The position numbers and the translations under genes were made by a program. From positions 13,172-37,171 of the forward strand of contig CAZEKV010000004.1 of NCBI GenBank assembly GCA_964512945.1: a DNA stretch of 24,000 nucleotides, read 5' to 3'. This DNA comes from an uncultured Spirochaetales bacterium (GTDB lineage Bacteria > Spirochaetota > Spirochaetia > CAZEKV01). Under the pieces are notes generated by a model. The model ran no database searches, was not told where the DNA came from, and worked only from the letters and a program-made list of their open reading frames with translations. Below, one piece after another: positions 7,228-15,477 of this stretch. How positions within the stretch are numbered: position 1 is the first letter of the stretch; each line of letters opens with the position of its first letter.

Positions 7228-8570
7228 CAGGTTATCCCGTACTTCTCAAGTTTGTTGTAGAGTGTTTTTCGGCTTATCTTAAGGAATTCTGCTGTTTTTT
7301 TCTTGTTAAAACGCCAGGTTTTCAGTGTTTCGCGGATCAATTTTTCTTCCATTTTGTCTCCTGGTTTTTTTTGGGGAGTTCCCTCTCCATGAACTGTTTT
7401 TTGCAGGAGATCCGGGGGTAAATCCTGGATGGTGATAGATTTACCGGTAGAGACCGCTTCCATATAATGAATAGCGTTTTTTAATTCCCTTATATTTCCC
7501 GGCCAGGTGTAGTTATTTATTATTTCCATTACTTCATTACTCAGGGATTTCTGAGGGGTGTTAAGGTTTTCCGAGATCTCTTTTAGAAAATAATCAATAA
7601 GGAGGGGGAGATCCCCCTTTCTTTCCCTTAAGGGAGGGATCCTGATTGTTGCGAGATTGAGTCTGTAAAACAAATCCTCCCGGAATTCTCCTTTTTTAAG
7701 CATTTCCTGGAGATTTTTATTAGTAGCTCCTATAAAACGAACATCAACTGTTATTGTTGATTCCCCCCCGAGTCTTCTTATTTCCTTGTTCTGAAGGGTC
7801 CTCAGTATTTTCGATTGAATTTCCAGGGGCATATCTCCTATCTCATCGAGGAAGAGGGTTGTTCCCCCGGCTCTCTCGAATATGCCCTTGAAATTCCTGT
7901 CTGCACCCGTATAGGCACCCTTCTCGTGGCCGAATAATTCATTATCAAGAAGATTTTCGGGAAGAGCGGCACAGTTTAGCTTGTAGAATTTTTTGTTGCT
8001 GCGTGAGGACTGTTTGTGAATAAAATCAGCTATCAGCTCTTTCCCCGTCCCGCTTTCTCCCGTAATCAGAATGGGGAAATCCCTTTCTGCAAGTTTTCTT
8101 AGCTTTTCAAGGATTCCGAGCAGCTCCCCGTTTTTTGTAATAAGCCTGTTTTTATTTTCCTGGAGAAGCTCCTTTAGTTTGGTATTCTCCTCTTTCAGGT
8201 GCTTATAGCTTCCTGCATTGATGACCCTTTGATATATTTTTGCAAAGTTTACGGGTTTCTGGATATAATCATAGGCTCCGAGTTTAAGTGCTTCAACTGC
8301 GTTTTCTACTGTCCCGTATCCTGTTACCATAATCACCGGAATGCTGCTGTAGTTTTTTCTGAGATATTTCAGAAGCTCCAGCCCGTTTTCTTCTCCGAGG
8401 CGGAGATCGAGAATAATTGTATCGGGAATGAATTTCTTCAGCTTTTTTTTTGTTTCAGCAGTATTGAGGGCGTATTCCGCTGCACATCCCATGTGCTCGA
8501 AGTCTTTCACAAGTATGCGGCAGAGTTTTTCTTTATCGTCAACCACAAGTATTTTCATAGGGCTATGCAT
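7227..8570 (-). CDS. Sigma-54-dependent response regulator (NtrC family: REC + AAA+ + Fis-type HTH)
   Basis: 447 aa. REC: KILVVDD...IILDLRL. AAA+: Walker A GESGTGKE, sigma-54 contact loop GAYTGA (a GAFTGA variant), Walker B LFLDEIGDM, RFIGATN and FREDLFYRLN. C-terminal HTH: KKKTAEFLKISRKTLYNKLEKYGI. The start could instead be the second Met at 8558 (MKILVVDD). Confidence 0.92.
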   Translation of the reverse strand: MHSPMKILVVDDKEKLCRILVKDFEHMGCAAEYALNTAETKKKLKKFIPDTIILDLRLGEENGLELLKYLRKNYSSIPVIMVTGYGTVENAVEALKLGAYDYIQKPVNFAKIYQRVINAGSYKHLKEENTKLKELLQENKNRLITKNGELLGILEKLRKLAERDFPILITGESGTGKELIADFIHKQSSRSNKKFYKLNCAALPENLLDNELFGHEKGAYTGADRNFKGIFERAGGTTLFLDEIGDMPLEIQSKILRTLQNKEIRRLGGESTITVDVRFIGATNKNLQEMLKKGEFREDLFYRLNLATIRIPPLRERKGDLPLLIDYFLKEISENLNTPQKSLSNEVMEIINNYTWPGNIRELKNAIHYMEAVSTGKSITIQDLPPDLLQKTVHGEGTPQKKPGDKMEEKLIRETLKTWRFNKKKTAEFLKISRKTLYNKLEKYGIT

Positions 8571-8589
8571 TTAGTTAAATCCATTTTTT

Positions 8590-8614
8590 TACACACTGTG
8601 TAATTATTATACAC
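8590..8614. promoter_or_regulatory. Overlapping dyad repeats: candidate enhancer-binding-protein site / operator
   Basis: TACACA-C-TGTGTA is a perfect 6+6 palindrome at 8590..8602. TGTGTA-N7-TACAC forms a second dyad using 8597..8602 and 8610..8614. The element lies 96-120 bp upstream of the sigma-54 -24 element and overlaps the -10/start region of the divergent regulator promoter. Confidence 0.45.
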
Positions 8615-8635
8615 TTTTTTGGGGTATGTTGTCAA
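8606..8635 (-). promoter_or_regulatory. Sigma-70-type promoter of the response-regulator/kinase operon
   Basis: The minus strand reads TTGACA-N18-TATAAT (-35 at 8635..8630, -10 at 8611..8606). Confidence 0.5.
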
Positions 8636-8709
8636 ATTAGCGAAAAATTTGTTTATGTTTCTATCACCTAACAGGGTAACTCTTTTACAGATAGATAATT
8701 AAAATTTTC

Positions 8710-8725
8710 TGGCATGATTTTTGCA
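8710..8725 (+). promoter_or_regulatory. Sigma-54 (-24/-12) promoter of the CUT2 ABC operon
   Basis: TGGCATGATTTTTGCA matches the consensus TGGCACG-N4-TTGCW. GG is at 8711-8712 and GC at 8723-8724, which is the exact canonical spacing, with only one mismatch (C to T) in the fixed positions. It lies 72 nt upstream of the GTG start at 8797. A sigma-54-dependent activator is encoded divergently. Confidence 0.75.
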
Positions 8726-8796
8726 TTGTAGTTTTAATAAACTTCGAAACTCCATCTACTTCAGGGTTTCGGATATAAAACAGGAGGAGAAAAAAG

Positions 8797-9930
8797 GTGA
8801 AACATTTTTTTACGATTTTGTTGGTATTTACTCTGTTTGTTGCAATCCTGCCCGGATGCGGGAGAGGGAGGGGAAATAATTCAGGAGAGGTATCCGTTCT
8901 TCCGGGTGATTCTCCAGAGACAACGGATGAGCAGCTGGCTCTGGCAACGGGTCCCAACGGTGAGACCGCAGTAAGGGCAAAGGAAGTCGTTCTTACAGAA
9001 GACCAGATTGCCAGTATAAAAACTAAGGGCTATACAGCTGCCATGCTATGGGCCGGTTCAGGAGAATGGTATAATGCAATGTCTGATGGAGCCTCTGCCA
9101 TGTTTAAGAAGCTTGGTATAAAGGTTCTTATTAATTCCGATGCCCAGTTCGATATGGCCAAACAGGCTACGGATGTTGAAACAAGTCTTTCTCTAAATCC
9201 GGATATCATTCTTACCCTTGTTGTCGATCCTGTATCCGGAGCCAGGGCCTTTCAGCCGGCAGTAGATGCGGGGGTAACCCTTGTTCTGGCAGACAATGGT
9301 GTTGACGGCTATACCGCAGGAAAGCAGTATTGTTCTGTAGTAACAGGGGATCACTTCGGTATGGGGCGTGCTGCTGCGGAGTTGATGAATGAGGCTATTA
9401 ATGGTTCGGGTGAGATTGGTTTTATCTTCCATGATGCGGATTTTTTTGTAACAAATAATCGGGATAATGAGTTTAAGCGTACTATCAAATCCAGATATTC
9501 AGGTATAAAAATAGTCGCAGAGGGAGGCTTTACCGATGAGGCTGGCACGGAAGAAATTGCCGCAGCGATGTTGACACGTAATCCGGGGATCAAGGGTATA
9601 TATGTTGCCTGGGATGTCGCCGCAGAGGGAGTAATTGCAGCGTTAAGGGCTGCAGGAAGGGAAGATGTAAAAGTCATTACACACGATCTTGGAGCTACAA
9701 ATGATCTTGATATGGCGATGGACGGGAATATGTACGGTAAGGTAGCGGATCTACCCTATGATCTTGGGATGTGTATGGCAAAGATCGCCGCTCTAAACCT
9801 TCTTGGTAAAAAGGTTCCCCCTTTTGTAGTTGTTCCTTCTGTTAAAATGACAAAAGAAAACATTGTTGAGGCATGGAAGGTTTCGTTAAGAAAAATGCCT
9901 CCTGAGAATATACTTAAGACATTAAAATAA
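8797..9930 (+). CDS. ABC transporter substrate-binding lipoprotein, periplasmic-binding-protein type I (ribose/sugar, RbsB-like)
   Basis: 377 aa. GTG start with SD AGGAGGAG. The N-terminus MKHFFTILLVFTLFVAILPGCGRG is a signal peptide plus lipobox Cys. The body has the alternating beta-alpha pattern and length of type-I sugar-binding proteins (VVDPVSG..., LVLADNG..., ITHDLG...). CUT2-type permease and ATPase genes follow. Confidence 0.8.
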   Translation: MKHFFTILLVFTLFVAILPGCGRGRGNNSGEVSVLPGDSPETTDEQLALATGPNGETAVRAKEVVLTEDQIASIKTKGYTAAMLWAGSGEWYNAMSDGASAMFKKLGIKVLINSDAQFDMAKQATDVETSLSLNPDIILTLVVDPVSGARAFQPAVDAGVTLVLADNGVDGYTAGKQYCSVVTGDHFGMGRAAAELMNEAINGSGEIGFIFHDADFFVTNNRDNEFKRTIKSRYSGIKIVAEGGFTDEAGTEEIAAAMLTRNPGIKGIYVAWDVAAEGVIAALRAAGREDVKVITHDLGATNDLDMAMDGNMYGKVADLPYDLGMCMAKIAALNLLGKKVPPFVVVPSVKMTKENIVEAWKVSLRKMPPENILKTLK

Positions 9931-9956
9931 TAATCTAAAATTCTACACTTATTCAG

Positions 9957-9982
9957 CCAGGCGGGAAGTAAAACCCGCCTGG
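9957..9982 (+). promoter_or_regulatory. Intercistronic GC-rich stem-loop after the SBP gene (attenuator / mRNA-stabilising hairpin)
   Basis: Perfect 9-bp stem CCAGGCGGG (9957..9965) / CCCGCCTGG (9974..9982) with an 8-nt loop, 27 nt after the SBP stop. No clear U-tract follows (AGGGTTTATCT), so it is probably not a full terminator. Confidence 0.55.
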
Positions 9983-10007
9983 AGGGTTTATCTCTGGAGG
10001 ATCCTTG

Positions 10008-10967
10008 ATGCAAAATAAATTGTCCGGGCTGCTGAAAAAGAACTACAGCCAGTATGTTGTCTATGTTAGTTTTTTCCTTATTTTGATATTTTTTTCCATA
10101 ACACTGTCGCCTGCGGTATTTTTGTCGCCTTTACAGCTCATGAATATCCTTAGACAAACGGCTATGGTTTCGATTATGGCCGTTGGCATGACTTTTGCGT
10201 TAACCGCCGGGGAGATTGATCTTTCCATAGGATCCCTCGTCGCCCTTTCTGCTCTGGTGACAGGGGTTGTACTGAACAGGTTTGACAGTATACCTCTTGC
10301 ACTTTTTGCGGGGCTTGGTACTGGAGTTACTGTGGGTTTTGTAAATGGGCTTATTACGACAAAAGCACGAATACCCGCTTTCCTGGTAACTCTTGGAACT
10401 GCGAGTATTCTAGGAGGTTTGGCTCGGTCCATCACAAATCTTGAATCTGTTCCCATCATAAATAAAAGTTTTAATTATATATTTGGTTCGGGGAATGTGG
10501 GGATTGTTTCAACCCTTTTTATCTGGACTATTCTAATAGCCTGTGCAGGTCACCTTCTCCTTAAGAACACACCCTTTGGCAGGGCGGTCCTGGCAACGGG
10601 AGGTAATAGAAGTGCTGCAAAATACTCCGGGATACGTACCGACCGTATCAGAATAGCTGTTTTAACAATCAGTGCTCTTTCGGCTTCCTTTGCGGGGGTT
10701 CTCTACGCCGGGCGCCTCCATGGTGCACGCTATACACTGGGAGGATCGGATCTTATGACGGTTATTGCAGCGGTTATAATAGGCGGTACAAGTTTTTCGG
10801 GGGGCATGGGTTCTGTTGTGGGTGCTATAATAGGCTCGCTGGTTATGGGGATGATGAACAGCGGTCTTCTCCTTATGGGGTTGAATGTTTCCCAGCAGAT
10901 GATAGCCCGCGGAATTATCATTATTGTTGCTGTTTCCTTGAGTCTCAGGGAAAAATCCGAGTCCTGA
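10008..10967 (+). CDS. ABC transporter permease, CUT2 family (RbsC/AraH-like)
   Basis: ~319 aa, highly hydrophobic. Family blocks are AVGMTFALTAGEIDLSIGS and ATGGNRSAAKYSGI. The ORF track starts at TTG 10005. ATG 10008 is preferred because SD GGAGG (9996..10000) sits 7 nt upstream of it. Confidence 0.9.
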   Translation: MQNKLSGLLKKNYSQYVVYVSFFLILIFFSITLSPAVFLSPLQLMNILRQTAMVSIMAVGMTFALTAGEIDLSIGSLVALSALVTGVVLNRFDSIPLALFAGLGTGVTVGFVNGLITTKARIPAFLVTLGTASILGGLARSITNLESVPIINKSFNYIFGSGNVGIVSTLFIWTILIACAGHLLLKNTPFGRAVLATGGNRSAAKYSGIRTDRIRIAVLTISALSASFAGVLYAGRLHGARYTLGGSDLMTVIAAVIIGGTSFSGGMGSVVGAIIGSLVMGMMNSGLLLMGLNVSQQMIARGIIIIVAVSLSLREKSES

Positions 10968-10979
10968 CGGGGAGGTGCC

Positions 10980-12161
10980 ATGTTTCTGGATGTATTGAAA
11001 AAAAGGAATCCCGATTTTATAAAAGCTGCGGTTGTTCTCCACCAGAACCGCCGGATCCCCTCAAACTGCTATCTTCTGGATCTTGATAGAATCAGGGAAA
11101 ATGCCAGGATTATCAAGGCAAATGCAGATAGATACAATATGAAAGTGTTCGCCATGAGCAAGCAGATCGGCAGAGAACCCTCGGCGATAAAGGCTCTTTT
11201 TGAGACAGGAATAGTTGACTATGTTACTGTTGATATTCAGGGAGCGAGGGCAGTTGTTTCCGCCGGAGGGGGGATAGGTCACGCCGGACATCTTGTTCAG
11301 ATTCCTGGGGGAGATATCCCCTGGATGATAGAGCATTCTCCTGAGTTCTGGACCGTTTTCAGTTATGAAGCCGCAAAAGAGATAAGTGAAAACCTTCCAC
11401 CGGGAAAAACCCAGAGGGTTCTTGCCCGGATTCAAGCCGAAGGGGATATCTTCTACCGTGGACATGAGGGGGGATTCCCCGCCGAAGAGATCCTGAAAAC
11501 CGCAGAAAGGCTTGCTTCTCTGCAGGGCATAGAGTTTGCAGGAATAACATCTTTTCCCTGTCTGCTTTTTGATAATGTCAAAAAAGATGTATATACAACT
11601 CCCAATCTTAAAACATTAGCCAGGGCTGCAGGGCTTCTGGAAAAAAATGGATGGAATAATCTTGAAATCAACACGCCTGGAACAACAAGTTCCCGGGTCT
11701 TATCCCTTTTTGCCGAGGCAGGTTCGACACAAATTGAACCCGGTCACGGTTTTACAGGAACAACCCCTCTTCATGCCGTAAGGGATCTTCCCGAAACTCC
11801 CGCAGTTCTTTATGTTTCGGAAATCTCTCATTTTCTGGGGGAAACCGCCTATTGCTACGGAGGGGGGCTTTATATAGATCCTGTTTTTCCTCCCTATGAT
11901 GTTCAATGTCTATGTCTGAGTGCTCCGGAAGAGATCCTCCAGAGACAGTTCCATATAGAACTTCCGGCAGATAATGCCATTGATTATTACGGGATGATCC
12001 GGTCTTCTTCTCCACGGCGGGGAGATACGGTAATAATGGGATTCAGACCCCAGGTCTTTGTTACAAGGTCGTATGTTGCAGGAATATCGGGGATAAGCAG
12101 GGGAAACCCCGTACTTGAGGGGATATCCTTTTCTGACGGAAGGAGGGTGGAATGGCCGTAA
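10980..12161 (+). CDS. PLP-dependent alanine-racemase-fold protein, YhfX-like putative amino-acid racemase
   Basis: 393 aa. SD GGGGAGG upstream. The N-terminal region MFLDVLKKRNPDFIKAAVVLHQNRRIPSNCYLLDLDRIRENARII, the candidate PLP Lys in VFAMSKQIGR and GHAGHLVQIP resemble, from my memory, the E. coli YhfX / alanine-racemase N-terminal TIM-barrel family. Family assignment was not verified by a search. Confidence 0.55.
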   Translation: MFLDVLKKRNPDFIKAAVVLHQNRRIPSNCYLLDLDRIRENARIIKANADRYNMKVFAMSKQIGREPSAIKALFETGIVDYVTVDIQGARAVVSAGGGIGHAGHLVQIPGGDIPWMIEHSPEFWTVFSYEAAKEISENLPPGKTQRVLARIQAEGDIFYRGHEGGFPAEEILKTAERLASLQGIEFAGITSFPCLLFDNVKKDVYTTPNLKTLARAAGLLEKNGWNNLEINTPGTTSSRVLSLFAEAGSTQIEPGHGFTGTTPLHAVRDLPETPAVLYVSEISHFLGETAYCYGGGLYIDPVFPPYDVQCLCLSAPEEILQRQFHIELPADNAIDYYGMIRSSSPRRGDTVIMGFRPQVFVTRSYVAGISGISRGNPVLEGISFSDGRRVEWP

Positions 12162-13669
12162 AGAATGGGTATCTTCTTGAGGCAAGGGGAATCCGGAAAA
12201 GTTTTTCCGGTGTGGAGGTTCTTCACGGTGTTGATTTTCTCCTTGAAAATGGGGAAATCCACGGTCTTGCGGGAGCCAATGGGGCGGGCAAGTCCACTTT
12301 AATGAAAATTCTTAACGGGGTTTATCATCTTGACGGGGGGCAAATTTATCTGAACGGGAAGATTATGGCGATAAAAACCCCCATAGAGGCCGCCGGAGCG
12401 GGTATTGCCATGGTCTTTCAGGAATTCAGCCTGATTTCGACAATGACGGTGGCCGAGAATATCTTTCTTGCACGTGAACCCCTGCATAGAATTCTCTTTA
12501 TAAACAAGGAAGAAATTCATGCGAGAACCCTCAAGGTATTGGAACGCCTTAAAGTGGATATCGATCCGGATGAAACCCTGGGGAATCTATCTGTTGGAAC
12601 CCGCCAGATAGTGGAAATTGCGAAAGCTCTCAGCAAGGACTGCCGGGTTTTGATCCTTGATGAACCGACAGCCTCGCTCAGTCAGAGTGAAATATTGATT
12701 TTTTTCAGGATTCTCGCAACCCTCAAAGAACAGGGAATTTCAATTATCATGATAACCCATCATCTCCAGGAGATTATGGATATCTGTGACAGGATTACTG
12801 TTTTAAGGGATGGTAATGTTACCCTGCGGGAGAAAATCGATTCCATTTGCCTGGAGGATGTTATAAAGGCTCTGGCGGGGCAGACGGTAAATCGGGAGGT
12901 ATTCTCCCGTGTTTATAAGTCCTATCAAGGGGGGACTCCCTGTCTTGAAGTAAAAGGTTTGAGGTATGCCTCTCTTCTTTCCGGCATCGATTTTTCTCTT
13001 TACAAGGGCGAGGTTCTTGGTTTTGCCGGATTGCTTGGAAGCGGGAGAACCGAAATTCTCAAGAATATCTATGGTCTTCTGCATCCATCAGGGGGCGAGA
13101 TTCTGATAAACACTAAAAATGTCAGGGTAAAGCATCCTGCCGATGCTCAGAAAGAGGGGGTCAACTTTGTTCCTGAGGACAGGCATAAGAACGGTATAAT
13201 CAGGGGGCAGTCCCTGATGAATAACATAATGCTTTCAGTCTGGAAGGAATATACCCATTTTTTATTTTTGCGTCTGGAAGAAGCCGCAAAGAAGGTCGGT
13301 GTTTTGATAAAACGCCTTAAAATAAAAACTCAGGGATGGAGTCAGCTTATTGAGCAGCTCTCTGGAGGGAACCAGCAAAAAGCGGTTATAGCCAGAGCAA
13401 TAGCGGCAAACACAAGGATCTTACTCCTTGATGAGCCCACCGTTGGGGTTGATATAGCCTCCAAGCAGGAGATTCTCAGTGCGGTGCGTCAGTTTGCCGA
13501 TGAAAACAAGGCCGTGATTATCGTATCCAGTGAGATGGAGGAACTTGCGCAGGTCTGTGACAGGGTTCTGGTTATAAAAGAGGGAAGAATAATAAAGGAG
13601 TTTAATCGCCGCGATGATGTTGAAATAACGGAGGATATTCTAATGGCTGCATCCCAGGGCCGGGTATAG
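12152..13669 (+). CDS. ABC transporter ATP-binding protein, CUT2 family, tandem NBDs (RbsA-like)
   Basis: 505 aa. NBD1: [41 protein letters not shown]2: the family-typical degenerate Walker [25 protein letters not shown] and [11 protein letters not shown]. The start overlaps the racemase-fold gene by 10 nt, and SD GGAGGG lies upstream. Confidence 0.92.
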   Translation: MAVKNGYLLEARGIRKSFSGVEVLHGVDFLLENGEIHGLAGANGAGKSTLMKILNGVYHLDGGQIYLNGKIMAIKTPIEAAGAGIAMVFQEFSLISTMTVAENIFLAREPLHRILFINKEEIHARTLKVLERLKVDIDPDETLGNLSVGTRQIVEIAKALSKDCRVLILDEPTASLSQSEILIFFRILATLKEQGISIIMITHHLQEIMDICDRITVLRDGNVTLREKIDSICLEDVIKALAGQTVNREVFSRVYKSYQGGTPCLEVKGLRYASLLSGIDFSLYKGEVLGFAGLLGSGRTEILKNIYGLLHPSGGEILINTKNVRVKHPADAQKEGVNFVPEDRHKNGIIRGQSLMNNIMLSVWKEYTHFLFLRLEEAAKKVGVLIKRLKIKTQGWSQLIEQLSGGNQQKAVIARAIAANTRILLLDEPTVGVDIASKQEILSAVRQFADENKAVIIVSSEMEELAQVCDRVLVIKEGRIIKEFNRRDDVEITEDILMAASQGRV

Positions 13670-13696
13670 TCTTTCTTTCTCCTATTCGCATTAGAT

Positions 13697-13725
13697 TTGA
13701 CAGTATCAAAAAAAGAGCGTATTAT
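13697..13725 (+). promoter_or_regulatory. Near-consensus sigma-70 promoter abutting ptsI
   Basis: TTGACA (13697..13702) - N17 - TATTAT (13720..13725). Only 9 nt separate the -10 from ATG 13735. Confidence 0.55.
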
Positions 13726-13734
13726 ATTCAGGTA

Positions 13735-15477
13735 ATGAAAGAGTATAATGGTATCTCTGCATCCCAGGGCATTGTCGCGGGAAAGGCCTTTCTGTACATC
13801 GAAGACAATATTAAGATCCCGGCCTATGAGATAAAAAGCAAAGAAATAAAACAGGAGCTGGATAGGTTTCTTAAGGCCGTAAGAAAGGCCGAGGAAGAGC
13901 TGGGAGAGCTGAAGAAACGGACTGTTGCTGAACTGGGAGAGCAAGAAGGGAGAATACTCGACGCTCATATTCTTATGCTGAATGATCCTGAATTTCAGGA
14001 TGAAATCAATAAAAACCTGATTACAAAAAAGAGAAATGTTGAATGGGTTCTGCTTGATGTAATAAATAATTTGATAGACAAAATGAAATTATCAGAGGAT
14101 ACCTATTTGAGAGAGCGTTCTCTTGATATCAAGGATATTTCCGTAAGAGTGCTTAACAATCTGCTCTACAGGAAGAGAAAGCTCCTTTCCGATATTACTG
14201 AAGAAGTAATTCTGGTTACGCATAATCTTTTACCATCGGATGCCCTGTTGATGAACAGGCGGATGGTTAAGGGAATCGCCATGGATGTCGGGGGCAGGAC
14301 ATCTCATACGGCGATCCTTGCTCAGTCGTTTGAGATTCCAGCGGTGCTGGGACTTTCGGATATTACAGCACATATCCGGGATGGTCAGGAAATAATAGTG
14401 GATGGTAATGCCGGTAAGGTTATTATTTCCCCCGATGCCCCCACAAAGAGAAAATATGAAAATAAATATCAGGAGTGGCAGAGGCGGGAGGTTCAGCTCC
14501 TATCTTTGAATGAGTTATCCGCTGAAACAAAAGACGGTAAGTTAATCAAACTAAAAGCCAATATAGAGGTTCCGGAAGAAGTTGATTCCGTAATGTCTCA
14601 TGGGGCTGACGGGATAGGGCTTTTTCGTTCGGAATTCCTTTTCTTGCAGTCGTCGAGGATATATTCCGAAGAACAGCAGTTTGAAGTTTATAAAAAAGTT
14701 TTAACCGATATGGATAAAAAAAGCGTGACAATTCGTACTCTTGATGTCGGCGGTGATAAAATTATTCCTGATTTTGAGAGTTTTAACGAGAAAAATCCTA
14801 TTCTGGGATGGCGGGCTGTTCGTTTTTGTTTATCAAAGGTTGAATTGTTTAAAAACCAGCTTAAAGCCCTGCTGAGAGCCTCTATCTACGGTGAGCTAAA
14901 AATCATGTTCCCGATGATTTCGGGAATTGAGGAGCTGAACGAGGTCTTTGCCATACTGGACGGGGTTAAGGATGAATTCGATAAAAAAGGGATAGAGTAC
15001 AAAAAAGATATTCCGGTTGGTATAATGATCGAAGTGCCCTCTGCGGCTCTAACCTCCGATATCCTTGCAAGAAAGGTTGATTTCTTTTCAATAGGAACAA
15101 ATGATCTGATCCAGTATACAATTGCCGTTGACAGGGGTAATGAAAAAATAGCCTACCTCTACGAACCCTTCCATCCTGGAGTTTTGAGGTTAATAAAATT
15201 GATAATTAATAATGCCCACGATGTTGGAATACCGGTGGGGATGTGCGGAGAAATGGCAGGTGATCCCCTTGCCACGGTAATACTCCTGGGATTCGGACTT
15301 GATGAATTTAGTATGAGTTCCTTCGGGATTCCTGAGATAAAAAAGATTGTCCGTTCGGTTTCAATAGCCGAGGCTGAGGAGCTGGTTGGCATGATTGAAG
15401 AGATGAAATCCTATAAAGAAATAGACCCCTTTATTACGAACTGGATGGAGAGCAGGTTTGACGTCATTGCTGGATAA
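13735..15477 (+). CDS. ptsI: Phosphoenolpyruvate-protein phosphotransferase (PTS Enzyme I)
   Basis: 580 aa. Active-site His block [19 protein letters not shown], plus [17 protein letters not shown] and the catalytic Cys block [10 protein letters not shown]. The N-terminus [14 protein letters not shown] is typical of EI. Confidence 0.95.
   Translation: MKEYNGISASQGIVAGKAFLYIEDNIKIPAYEIKSKEIKQELDRFLKAVRKAEEELGELKKRTVAELGEQEGRILDAHILMLNDPEFQDEINKNLITKKRNVEWVLLDVINNLIDKMKLSEDTYLRERSLDIKDISVRVLNNLLYRKRKLLSDITEEVILVTHNLLPSDALLMNRRMVKGIAMDVGGRTSHTAILAQSFEIPAVLGLSDITAHIRDGQEIIVDGNAGKVIISPDAPTKRKYENKYQEWQRREVQLLSLNELSAETKDGKLIKLKANIEVPEEVDSVMSHGADGIGLFRSEFLFLQSSRIYSEEQQFEVYKKVLTDMDKKSVTIRTLDVGGDKIIPDFESFNEKNPILGWRAVRFCLSKVELFKNQLKALLRASIYGELKIMFPMISGIEELNEVFAILDGVKDEFDKKGIEYKKDIPVGIMIEVPSAALTSDILARKVDFFSIGTNDLIQYTIAVDRGNEKIAYLYEPFHPGVLRLIKLIINNAHDVGIPVGMCGEMAGDPLATVILLGFGLDEFSMSSFGIPEIKKIVRSVSIAEAEELVGMIEEMKSYKEIDPFITNWMESRFDVIAG

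Noticed and set aside
5454-7282. Short ORFs on both strands within the kinase gene (5454..5642, 5768..6025, 6257..6469, 6511..6717, 7085..7282)
   Set aside because: All lie inside or antisense to the continuous 597-aa kinase frame, which carries a full motif set. None has an SD or a recognisable motif.
8199-8603. 134-aa plus-strand ORF opposite the response-regulator gene
   Set aside because: It is antisense to the strongly supported NtrC-family gene, and its sequence shows no motifs.
8685-8957. 90-aa minus-strand ORF spanning the sigma-54 promoter and the 5' end of the SBP gene
   Set aside because: It overlaps a regulatory region and the signal-peptide coding region of a supported gene on the opposite strand. 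It has no SD, and its product is implausible.
9543-9560. TGGCAC ... TTGC inside the SBP gene as a possible sigma-54 site
   Set aside because: The GG-to-GC spacing is 15 nt instead of the required 12, so it is not a functional -24/-12 geometry.
9193-12520. Numerous minus-strand ORFs of 63-134 aa across the ABC operon
   Set aside because: All are antisense shadows of four motif-supported plus-strand genes that are translationally coupled. None is preceded by an SD.
13489-13968. 159-aa minus-strand ORF bridging the ATPase 3' end and the ptsI 5' end
   Set aside because: It crosses the ptsI promoter and two supported genes on the other strand, and it has no motif content.
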